Notes under the pieces: generated by a model
Database searches by the model: none
What the model saw: the letters and a program-made list of their open reading frames with translations, nothing else
What the model was told of the DNA's origin: nothing
Source: a bacterium
GTDB lineage: Bacteria; J088; JAWLBW01
Length of the DNA stretch: 64,000 bases
Reading direction: 5' to 3'
Assembly: GCA_041690355.1 (NCBI GenBank)
Contig: JAWLHK010000004.1
Coordinates: 1 to 64,000 of the forward strand
Translations under genes and position numbers: made by a program
In this document: piece after piece, positions 56,424-64,000 of the stretch
Layout: every line of letters starts with the position of its first letter
Numbering within the stretch: the stretch's first letter is position 1

Positions 56424-57300
56424 CTTGGACGCAGAACTCCTTATTGAGCTCCTCAATGACCTCGACGTCGGTCTTGTCGCTCAGATCGCGTTCGGCAAGC
56501 GCCGTCACGATGGCCTTGGCCGTCTTGCAGCTGCACTCCGCCACTTTGTCATCGCACCCGCAGGGGCAGTCCATCTTGCCTGCAATCAGGCGCGCGCGCT
56601 CCGGCAGCTTGTCGAGTCCTGTTTTTTCGCCATCCTTCTGGTGATTGTCACCATGGTCTGCCATCGCCGGCTGAGCCGCCAACGCCTGCAGATAGTCGTC
56701 CCCAGATACCCCTTCGCCGCGCGCGATGACCTCGGCGGCTTCCCGGACAGACGGCCCGAATGCCACATCGGCATTGCGCACGATCCCCTGCTGGTAAACC
56801 TTTACCTTGCCGTCGGCGCCGATGAGTACGGTGATTGGGTAACTGCGCACGCCGTATTTCCTGCGGATCGAGCCATCGTCATCGATGAGCACCGGAAAGG
56901 TGAGACCGTATTCGGCCACGAAGGCGCTGACCACCTCGTGGCTCTCTTCGGCGTCGATACCGACGAGAAGAAACGGTTCGGAAAGCTGACGTTTCCAGTA
57001 GGCCTCGAGCTCGGGCATCTCCTCTTTGCAGGGTCCGCACCAGGTCGCGAAGAAATTGAGGACGATGACCTTGTCCCCGATGTGTTCAGAGAGCTTGAAA
57101 TGCTCGCCGCTCAGGAACACACCCTCGAAATCGGGTGCGTAGCGATCGGTCCACGCCACGGGCTCCTCGAAGAAGCCCCACACGTCGTCGACCTCGTCGG
57201 AGCTGGGGTAGTCCTTGAAGCTGACATGGGCGCTGAGCAACAGGACGCCGACCACTGCGATAAGCCAACCGGAAGTTCGATCGAGACGAGCGTTTGCCAT
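56416..57300 (-). CDS. TlpA-family thiol-disulfide oxidoreductase with a Cys-rich C-terminal extension
   Basis: NFFATWCGPC, YPITVLI, CPCGC...CSC. Confidence 0.85.
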   Translation of the reverse strand: MANARLDRTSGWLIAVVGVLLLSAHVSFKDYPSSDEVDDVWGFFEEPVAWTDRYAPDFEGVFLSGEHFKLSEHIGDKVIVLNFFATWCGPCKEEMPELEAYWKRQLSEPFLLVGIDAEESHEVVSAFVAEYGLTFPVLIDDDGSIRRKYGVRSYPITVLIGADGKVKVYQQGIVRNADVAFGPSVREAAEVIARGEGVSGDDYLQALAAQPAMADHGDNHQKDGEKTGLDKLPERARLIAGKMDCPCGCDDKVAECSCKTAKAIVTALAERDLSDKTDVEVIEELNKEFCVQDD

Positions 57301-57547
57301 AGGCGTGCCGACAGCCTAGCACGTTCGCCCCCACGCCGCCACAGTGATATTGCTTCCGGGGACGAAGGTCCGGAGCACGCGGAATGGCGGTTTTTCCCAC
57401 AGGGAGCCGGACCATCTGCGCTCACCCACCCCCTCCCGTATCGCCTCCCATACTCTGTACCCGAACAGGCCGGCGGAATCCCTCGAGTGTAGCGAAGCGG
57501 GACGTCTTTCCCTGATTTCCGCGAAGAGAGTTATCCAACATGGCCAT

Positions 57548-57562
57548 TGGCACCATTCTTGC
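57548..57562 (+). promoter_or_regulatory. Sigma54 -24/-12 promoter
   Basis: TGGCAC-N5-TTGC, 45 nt before ATG 57608. Confidence 0.65.
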
Positions 57563-57607
57563 CATAGGTTCCGCATAGCGAACCGCAAGAGTCCTTGGAG
57601 GAATATC

Positions 57608-57814
57608 ATGACCAAAAATATGGGAACCGTGGACCGCATCTTCCGCGCGACGCTGGCCGTCGTGGTCGCGCTGCTGTACGTGCTCGGCGAGATCTCCGGC
57701 ACGGCCGCCGTCGTGCTCGGGATCATGGCCGTCGTCTTTCTCGCCACCTCGGCGATGGGCTACTGTCCGCTGTACACGGTGGCGGGGGTGAAGACGCGCC
57801 GCGCAAAGGTGTAG
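57608..57814 (+). CDS. DUF2892 (YgaP-like) small membrane protein
   Basis: NMGTVDRIFR...GYCPLY..G; GGAGG RBS. Confidence 0.88.
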   Translation: MTKNMGTVDRIFRATLAVVVALLYVLGEISGTAAVVLGIMAVVFLATSAMGYCPLYTVAGVKTRRAKV

Positions 57815-57837
57815 ACGGACGACGGCTTGCCGGCTCC

Positions 57838-57862
57838 AATGGTGAATGGTATATTCATTATT
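57838..57862. promoter_or_regulatory. Probable TetR operator
   Basis: AATGGTGAAT-N5-ATTCATTATT imperfect palindrome abutting the start. Confidence 0.5.
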
Positions 57863-57864
57863 GG

Positions 57865-58464
57865 ATGCAGACGCTGAAGGACCCGATTCGAGACGCCATC
57901 CTTCGGGCTGCCCTGGAGCTCTTCGCTTCCCGCAGCCCGGCGGAGTCGTCCATGGCCGACATCGCGCGCCGCGCGGGCATATCGACGGGGAACATCTACC
58001 GTTACTTCCCCGATAAGCAGGCGCTCATCGCCGCCGCCCTCCCTCCGGCGTTCGTCGCGGAATGCCGTTCGCGCCTGCGGGCCCGCGTGGCGTCGGCATT
58101 CGGACAGCGGGACCCTTCCGCGGATCCACGGAGAGACGCGCTTTCAGAAGCCATGATCGACTGGGCGCTCGAGCACCGGGAACGGATGGTCATCCTCCTC
58201 CGCAATCCCCGGGGAACGCCGCACGAAGACTTTCTGGAGGGAACCGTGCAGCACCTCGTGCAGCTGGCCGAGAAGTACGCACGGAGCATCGACGCCCCCC
58301 GTTCCACCCCGGACCGGAGACGGGCGTTGCGGTTGATCTACGAATCGCTTCTGCGCACCTTCGCGACCCTGCTTGCCGAAGAGCCGGTCGACCGGTCCTT
58401 TCGCGCGGCGCTGGATCGGTATCTCGTCTACCACCTGCACGGACTCCAAGGGCTGTTTTCATGA
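57865..58464 (+). CDS. TetR/AcrR regulator
   Basis: SMADIARRAGISTGNIYRYFPDK. Confidence 0.9.
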   Translation: MQTLKDPIRDAILRAALELFASRSPAESSMADIARRAGISTGNIYRYFPDKQALIAAALPPAFVAECRSRLRARVASAFGQRDPSADPRRDALSEAMIDWALEHRERMVILLRNPRGTPHEDFLEGTVQHLVQLAEKYARSIDAPRSTPDRRRALRLIYESLLRTFATLLAEEPVDRSFRAALDRYLVYHLHGLQGLFS

Positions 58465-59735
58465 CTCCTTCGCGAACCCACGGGCAACCCGCTCGCGCGC
58501 CGGCACGGAACTGGGTCAACCTGCTGCTCGATCGTCCGGATCTGCCCGCCGTGGTGCGTTCGCTCGCGGCGCCGGCGCTCGCCGATCTCGTGCGCGAAAT
58601 CGGCCTCGCCGACGCGGGAGAATTCGTTGCCCTCGCCTCGCCCGAGCAGCTCGGTGCGCTGCTCGACGACGACGTCTGGCGGGCGGACCGGCCCGGCGAG
58701 GAGGAAGCTTTCGATGCAGTGCGTTTCGGCCTCTGGCTGGAGATCCTCGCGGATCTCGGGCCGGTGGCGGCGGCCGAAAGGCTCGCCGCGATGGATGAAC
58801 CGTTCGTGGCCTACGCCTTCTCGCGCCTTCTGCACGTCTTCGACAGCGCCCGGCTCGAGGAGCACTTCGAGCTGGTTGCCGATCGCCGCGCCCAGGCCGC
58901 GTTCGACAAGGCCGCCGAAGGGCGCCTGAGCTGGGAGTTCGACGCCTGGTGGGTCGTGGCGCGGGCAGAAGAGGGATGGGATGCGCTGCTCGACATCCTC
59001 ACGACGCTGGCCGAACGTCACGCCGCGCTTTTCGAGCGGCTGATGCACCAGTGCGCGCGGGCAACCGATGCCGCCGCAGAAGACGAGGGAAGCTACGCGG
59101 ACCTGCTCGCCGCCGACGAGGCGCTGCTCGAAGATGCCGCGGGCGCCCGGGAGGAGCGGCGCATGGAGGCCGGATACGTGGCGCCGCGCACGGCCCGGAG
59201 CTTTCTTCGAGTTCTGGAGGACGCGAGCGCCGACGCCATTCTCGCGGAGAAAGTCATCGATCCCGTCGTCGACACGTATCTGCACCCCCTGCGCTCGCCG
59301 CTACCGACGGAAGCGTTTGAGGCCGCCCCGATGGCCGAGGGCGACGCCCGGGAGTTCGCCCGCCGCCTGACCGGATTCCTGGCTTCGCTTCAGGAAGGAA
59401 AATCGTCTGCGGACCGCCGCCTTGTTCCGGCGGCGCTCGAGAATGACGGCCCCGGCACCGGATTCGTCCAGGCCATGCGGGCGCTCACCGCCGAGGACAT
59501 GGGGATGGCTTTCGCCCGCCGCCGCGAACTGGCCTTCCTGGCGAACGCGCTCGTCTCGGGCGAGTCGAAGCAGGGCCGGCGCATGACGCTGCCCGAGGCG
59601 GCCGAAGCGGCCGTGTCCACGTGCGAACGCGGGATGCAACGGCTCGCGGGAAGGGACCCCAAGCGGGCCGCCACGATCCTCCGCGAAGACCTGGGGGCCG
59701 TCTACCTGTTCCGTCTGGGGCGGGCGCGAGGCTGA
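58461..59735 (+). CDS. DUF6178-like protein
   Basis: LVREIGLADAGEFVALASPEQL..LLDDDVW...ELAFLANAL; ATGA overlap. Confidence 0.72.
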   Translation: MTPSRTHGQPARAPARNWVNLLLDRPDLPAVVRSLAAPALADLVREIGLADAGEFVALASPEQLGALLDDDVWRADRPGEEEAFDAVRFGLWLEILADLGPVAAAERLAAMDEPFVAYAFSRLLHVFDSARLEEHFELVADRRAQAAFDKAAEGRLSWEFDAWWVVARAEEGWDALLDILTTLAERHAALFERLMHQCARATDAAAEDEGSYADLLAADEALLEDAAGAREERRMEAGYVAPRTARSFLRVLEDASADAILAEKVIDPVVDTYLHPLRSPLPTEAFEAAPMAEGDAREFARRLTGFLASLQEGKSSADRRLVPAALENDGPGTGFVQAMRALTAEDMGMAFARRRELAFLANALVSGESKQGRRMTLPEAAEAAVSTCERGMQRLAGRDPKRAATILREDLGAVYLFRLGRARG

Positions 59736-59738
59736 CCG

Positions 59739-60038
59739 TCAGGGGCGGCGCAGGCCAATCCCACCAAGCGGTTCGGTTTCGATGCGCTGCCCGAAGCCCG
59801 CGATCAGCGGGCGTCCCTTCGCAATGGCCGCCTGCACGGCCGGGAGCGTCAGCGACGCCTGATGGTGCTCGCGGCTCTCCCACGCCTCGGTGATCCAAAG
59901 TCCGTCGGCATCCTGCGGGTCGCGGGCGATGACATAGCTCAGGCATCCGGGCATGTCCCGGGTTCCGTCGAGAAGAAGGGCGGCCAGCTCGTCGCGCTTC
60001 CCCACGACGGCTTTCATGTTTCCGATCAGTCCGTACAT
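59739..60038 (-). CDS. Putative quinol/antibiotic-biosynthesis monooxygenase
   Basis: MYGLIG...MPGCLSY...EAWESREHHQASL. Confidence 0.88.
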   Translation of the reverse strand: MYGLIGNMKAVVGKRDELAALLLDGTRDMPGCLSYVIARDPQDADGLWITEAWESREHHQASLTLPAVQAAIAKGRPLIAGFGQRIETEPLGGIGLRRP

Positions 60039-60049
60039 GCTTGTTCCTC

Positions 60050-60436
60050 TCAGGACGATGATTCCGGGCGCTCGCCGACGCGATTGGGGAAGGAGATTTC
60101 GAGCACCAGGCAGCCTCCGTCCGTTCGAAAGGGGCCGTGGACCTCGCCCGGCGGGCGGCTCGCATAGTGCCCTGCCTCGAGCCACAGGTCGAAGGCGGCA
60201 TCGTAAAGGCGTCCGCTGACGATGTACACTTCCTCGGGATACGCGTGCGACTTGCCGCCGAACGGCGTCGTGTCGGCGCCAGGCAGAAAGCGCGTCAGTC
60301 GCGTGTACTCGCCGGTAGCCGGATCCATGCTGAGCGTGAGTTCCTCGGCCATCCCCTCGAGGCCGGGCACGGGCGACCAATGGCCGCAATTTTCGGGAGC
60401 GAGAACATTCCAGTACGTGGCAATTGTCTTGGGCAT
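60050..60436 (-). CDS. ChrR-like cupin
   Basis: TRLTRFLPG, HAYPEEVYIVSG, HGPF. Confidence 0.85.
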   Translation of the reverse strand: MPKTIATYWNVLAPENCGHWSPVPGLEGMAEELTLSMDPATGEYTRLTRFLPGADTTPFGGKSHAYPEEVYIVSGRLYDAAFDLWLEAGHYASRPPGEVHGPFRTDGGCLVLEISFPNRVGERPESSS

Positions 60437-60563
60437 GGTTGGCAAGGCCTCGTCTTCTGGATGCCAGCGTAGCAGAAGGCGGCGGCGACGCGCGATGCGA
60501 AACGTTACTTTCCGGAGCAGCGATAGAACCGCCCCGCCGAATCCGGTGTGGTAGAGTGACGGA

Positions 60564-60917
60564 ATGAAGCTCCCCTGGTGGCTCCCGTTCGGAAAGATCC
60601 CGGAAGTCTCCCCGCAGGAACTGGCGGAGAAGCTGCGGGGGCCCCGGCCGCCCCTGCTGCTCGACGTGCGCACGGCGGCGGAGTGGAACCACGGGCACAT
60701 CGCCGGCGCCGTGCACGTCCCCATTCAGAACTTCCGCGAAGAATTCCCCCGGCATGCCGGCGACAGAGACCGCGAAGTGATCGCCATCTGCCTCTCGGCC
60801 CATCGCAGCATCCCGGCCGTGCGGGTTCTACGAAGCGCCGGCTTCGGCAGGGCCGCGCAGCTGCAAGGGGGCATGCGGGCCTGGCGCGCGGCCGGGCTGC
60901 CGACGGTGAGCGGATGA
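60564..60917 (+). CDS. Rhodanese-like protein
   Basis: LDVRTAAEW..GHIAGA, CLSAHRS, LQGGMRAW. Confidence 0.9.
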   Translation: MKLPWWLPFGKIPEVSPQELAEKLRGPRPPLLLDVRTAAEWNHGHIAGAVHVPIQNFREEFPRHAGDRDREVIAICLSAHRSIPAVRVLRSAGFGRAAQLQGGMRAWRAAGLPTVSG

Positions 60918-60947
60918 ATTGTCCAATCGCCCCTTCCGCGAACATGG

Positions 60948-61316
60948 CTAGCCGGCGTGCTGGTGCACCGTGATGCGGTAACCGTCGGGATCCAGAAACG
61001 AGAAAACGCGTCCGAAGGGGGAATCCTGGAGCGGCTGGACGATCTGCGCGCCCGCCGCTTCGACCTGGCTCGCGAGACTGTCGGCGTCGTCGCAGTTGAG
61101 CCAGAGAGCGACCCCCCAGCCCAGCCGATTGGCCTCGTCGAGGGGAATCAGCGGTTCCCGAATCGCGAAGGGAACCGGGTGGGTATCAAAGACAATGGCA
61201 TGGGGCGGGCCAAGGGCTTTCTGCTGAAGACCGAGGGCCTCCACATAGAACCGGCGGGATCGTTCCATGTCACGAACCTGGAGGGCGATGAAGTCGGGGC
61301 CGAGAATGCGAGCCAT
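60948..61316 (-). CDS. VOC/glyoxalase family protein
   Basis: LQVRDMERSRRFY...PFGRVFSFLDPDG. Confidence 0.9.
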   Translation of the reverse strand: MARILGPDFIALQVRDMERSRRFYVEALGLQQKALGPPHAIVFDTHPVPFAIREPLIPLDEANRLGWGVALWLNCDDADSLASQVEAAGAQIVQPLQDSPFGRVFSFLDPDGYRITVHQHAG

Positions 61317-61334
61317 GATTGTTTACTCCTCTAA

Positions 61335-61374
61335 TTGTCAGGGTCCTGATAACCATATTATCAGGGCCCTGATA
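61335..61374. promoter_or_regulatory. Tandem MarR operators in the divergent intergenic region
   Basis: TTGTCAGGGTCCTGATAA and perfect palindrome TATCAGGGCCCTGATA (61359-61374). Confidence 0.8.
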
Positions 61375-61384
61375 GAATGCAAGC

Positions 61385-61810
61385 ATGGTCGAAAAGCACA
61401 TCGGATATCAGCTCAAGCGGGCCCAGCACATGCTGCGGCTCCGCATGGACGAAGCCCTGGCGCCCCTCGGGCTGACCGTCCCCCAGTATGCGGCTCTCAG
61501 CGCCCTCGAGACCGAAGACGGACTCTCCAATGCAGAGATGGCGCGGCGCTGCTTCGTGACGGCCCAGACGATGAATCCAATCGTGTCCGCACTCGAACAG
61601 TCGGGATCGGTTCGGCGGAAGGCGCACCCGGCGCATGGCCGCGTGCTCCAGGTATTTCTGACGAATCAAGGGCGCCGGCTGCTTGCCCGTGCACATGCGA
61701 AAGTGTTCGACGTCGAGGCGCGTATGCTTGGAGAGATGCCGCCCGAGCAGAAGGCGCTGCTCCTGCAGCTGCTGCGTGGATGCGCCGACCGGCTTGAGGA
61801 ACGGGCCTGA
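61385..61810 (+). CDS. MarR family regulator
   Basis: LTVPQYAAL...SNAEMARRCFVTAQTM...LTNQG. Confidence 0.92.
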   Translation: MVEKHIGYQLKRAQHMLRLRMDEALAPLGLTVPQYAALSALETEDGLSNAEMARRCFVTAQTMNPIVSALEQSGSVRRKAHPAHGRVLQVFLTNQGRRLLARAHAKVFDVEARMLGEMPPEQKALLLQLLRGCADRLEERA

Positions 61811-61862
61811 GCGAAGCGCTCGACGCAAGGGAGCCGGATTGCCGCACGTTCAGGCCGGTGCG

Positions 61863-62294
61863 TCACTCCTCGGCCTGCGTGTCTCCCGGCGGGTTCTCCC
61901 GGAACCAGTTCACGATGGCCGGCATGGCGGGCTCGAACGGTCCGGGGATGGATAGATTCAAAACCCCGGCGCGCCGATCGCTGCGGTTCTCGAAGTCGTG
62001 CGTCACGCCGCCCGGAACGAGGATGAACGCTCCGCGCGGAGCATCGGTCCACGTTTCGCCCAGGAGAATGCTCATCGTCCCCTCGAGCACGAAGAAGATA
62101 TCGTCCTCGGGATGCGCGTGCGCGCCCGGCCCCTTCGTGCGCGGTTCGAGCCACCACTCCGAGACGGAATAGCCGTCGGCCGTTTCGGCTCCATCGGCCT
62201 TGAAGACCGCCTGAATGCGCCCCATGTCGTAGACGCGCCCTTCGCCGGGGCCAAGCAGCAGCGGTTTGCGGTTGGATAGCGGTTCTCCTGACAT
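61863..62294 (-). CDS. Cupin-domain protein
   Basis: HAHPEDDIFFVLEG, HDFEN. Confidence 0.87.
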   Translation of the reverse strand: MSGEPLSNRKPLLLGPGEGRVYDMGRIQAVFKADGAETADGYSVSEWWLEPRTKGPGAHAHPEDDIFFVLEGTMSILLGETWTDAPRGAFILVPGGVTHDFENRSDRRAGVLNLSIPGPFEPAMPAIVNWFRENPPGDTQAEE

Positions 62295-62331
62295 TCCCTG
62301 CACTCCTCTCGTGCGATATCGATCGTGCAGC

Positions 62332-62739
62332 CTACCAGTTCGCGCTCCCCTCGACCGCACCGCCGGGACCGATGACGGCCGACGCGCGGTAACGGGGTAC
62401 GCCGGGGGTGACGTAGCCGAAGCTGTGCTCGAAGCGGGCACCGTCGGCCAGGGTCCCCGCGACCCGGTAGGCGGAATCCTGCCGCACCACGAACCCGACG
62501 GTGACGCTCTCGCCGTCGGCCAGCGATTCCGCTTCATACCGCGCCGCGCCGACCTCGACGGCGAGATCGGTGACGGTCTGTCCGCTCGCATTGCGCACCA
62601 CGATACGATGGCTGTCGTCGGCCAGCACCGCAAGACCGTAGCCGGCGGCGACGCCGAGCGCAAGCAGCAGCAGCCTGCGCAGCACGGCGAATCCCCGCGA
62701 CCGGCTCCGCACTTCGGCCCCGCGCACGCCTGAACTCAC
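62332..62739 (-). CDS. Small exported or membrane-anchored hypothetical protein
   Basis: One hydrophobic segment; GTGA overlap with the upstream gene. Confidence 0.6.
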   Translation of the reverse strand: MSSGVRGAEVRSRSRGFAVLRRLLLLALGVAAGYGLAVLADDSHRIVVRNASGQTVTDLAVEVGAARYEAESLADGESVTVGFVVRQDSAYRVAGTLADGARFEHSFGYVTPGVPRYRASAVIGPGGAVEGSANW

Positions 62740-63911
62740 CGCGCCGTCAGCAGCAGGAGCACCGCGCCGACGCCGTAGTGGATGTCGTCGTCGACGGGGA
62801 GGCCGGCGTAGTAGTCCAGTCCGCCCGGCTGGGTGGGGCCCGAGGTGCCCGTGACCGTCGCCTTGCCGTCCTTCGTCACGATGCGGGCGCGCACGCCTTC
62901 GAGCGCCTTGCCGTGGGCCGCCGCGGCGATCCCCGCATCCACCAGGCCGAGTTCGGCGCCGCGCCGGATCGCGTCCGCAAACAACGCCGTGGCCGAGGTT
63001 TCCAGATAGCCTTTATCCGGATGGTTCACGACCGTCCACCATTCCCCGGTCGGATCCTGCGTCGCGAGTACGCCGTCGAGAATCTGTTTTTCCACGGCGG
63101 CGACTGCGTAGTATCGCGGATGATCCTTCGGGAGGATCGAGAGAAAGCGCGAGAGGATGTTGGCGACCCAGCCGTTACCGCGGCCCCAGAAGACCGGCGA
63201 GGCGGGCCACGGCGACTCCTGCACGAGCGCATGGCGGAACAGGCCGGTCGATTCGTCCTGAAGCTCGGCGGCGAAGATCAGAATCTGATCCGCATACAGG
63301 TCCCAGTCGGGCGCGTGATCGTAGAGCTCGCCGCGCGCCATGAGAAAGCTGCCGAACATGAAGAGAGAATCAATCCACAGCTGCGGAGCTTCGGGCTGCA
63401 ACAGGCCGAGATGGCCGATGCCGCCCGCCTCGGTGCGCGGCGCGGTGTGCAGATAGGCCCACGTGCGGTGGATCGTTTCGAGCAATTCCCCGTCGCAGGA
63501 CCAGCGGGCCAGCCGGGCCGCCGCCGAAGCGGGGGCCACCGTGTCGCTCCAGATCATGGGGAACGAGCCGGCATGATGTTTCTGCCACGCTTCCACATAC
63601 TGGCGGTACTTCATGTCGCCGGTCGCCTCGTACAGGTCGAGCATGCCGTAGGAGAGTACGGCCGGACCCCAGTCCCAGTGCATCGTTTCGGGCGGATGCC
63701 GCTCGATCCACGCATCGGCCACTTCGCGGGCGAGCGCTTCTTCGGCGAAGGCGCGCGGCGCCGGCGGATTTCCCGGAACGCACGCAGGCGGCTCACTGAT
63801 CCGCGAGTCGAGGGGAACGGTAGCGGCCGGTTCCGTTCCGCACGCGAGGAGGAACGCCAGTCCCGCGAGGGGGAAGCGCTTCGCGGCTTTGGCCGATGTC
63901 ACAGCTTTCAT
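62736..63911 (-). CDS. Glycoside hydrolase family 88/105 lipoprotein
   Basis: LLAC lipobox, WDW, LWIDSLFM, WGRGNGW, ETSATA. Confidence 0.88.
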   Translation of the reverse strand: MKAVTSAKAAKRFPLAGLAFLLACGTEPAATVPLDSRISEPPACVPGNPPAPRAFAEEALAREVADAWIERHPPETMHWDWGPAVLSYGMLDLYEATGDMKYRQYVEAWQKHHAGSFPMIWSDTVAPASAAARLARWSCDGELLETIHRTWAYLHTAPRTEAGGIGHLGLLQPEAPQLWIDSLFMFGSFLMARGELYDHAPDWDLYADQILIFAAELQDESTGLFRHALVQESPWPASPVFWGRGNGWVANILSRFLSILPKDHPRYYAVAAVEKQILDGVLATQDPTGEWWTVVNHPDKGYLETSATALFADAIRRGAELGLVDAGIAAAAHGKALEGVRARIVTKDGKATVTGTSGPTQPGGLDYYAGLPVDDDIHYGVGAVLLLLTAR

Positions 63912-64000
63912 GGTTTCACCTGAATCGGCGCTTTGTCGCCGTCGAGGATTGTCGTCGACCCGACCCGCAGCTGCGAACCGTCGGCGACAAGCCCGAAGGA
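63908..64000 (-). CDS. 3' end of a gene that starts outside the window
   Basis: Open frame to a TGA that overlaps the GH88/105 ATG. Confidence 0.6.
   Translation of the reverse strand, partial: SFGLVADGSQLRVGSTTILDGDKAPIQVKP

Overview
High-GC bacterial chromosome segment. A DUF6178-like protein and MYXO-CTERM-like tails suggest Myxococcota or another deltaproteobacterial lineage (inference). Family names come from motif recognition, not database searches. Layout: decayed IS3 and gene debris around a membrane class III nucleotide cyclase (0-2.6 kb); a DUF2946-like leader with a metal-uptake porin (3.7-6.1 kb); an LPS core cluster (6.1-12.4 kb); a 2Fe-2S/adenylate cyclase/globin fusion (12.5-13.8 kb); an array of secreted and lipoprotein genes with duplicated and shuffled domains (18.5-26 kb); three type II toxin-antitoxin modules (26.1-28.2 kb); six LuxR-type or other HTH regulators interleaved with a repeated DNA module (29.3-36.3 kb); a triplet of TM2-like paralogs (41-42.4 kb); a LysM lipoprotein and a ~1850-aa lipoprotein with 16 x 72-aa repeats (46-53 kb); then small metabolic and regulatory genes and several deleted pseudogenes. 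The best candidate for an undescribed system is a 20-bp palindrome, CATAnnCA-N4-TGnnTATG. It occurs five times, each 20-22 nt upstream of a TAnnnT -10 hexamer (lux-box-like activator position), ahead of the surface-protein arrays and one LuxR-type gene. Nearby LuxR paralogs share a near-identical HTH but have divergent sensor domains. No rRNA, tRNA, CRISPR array or integrase was seen.
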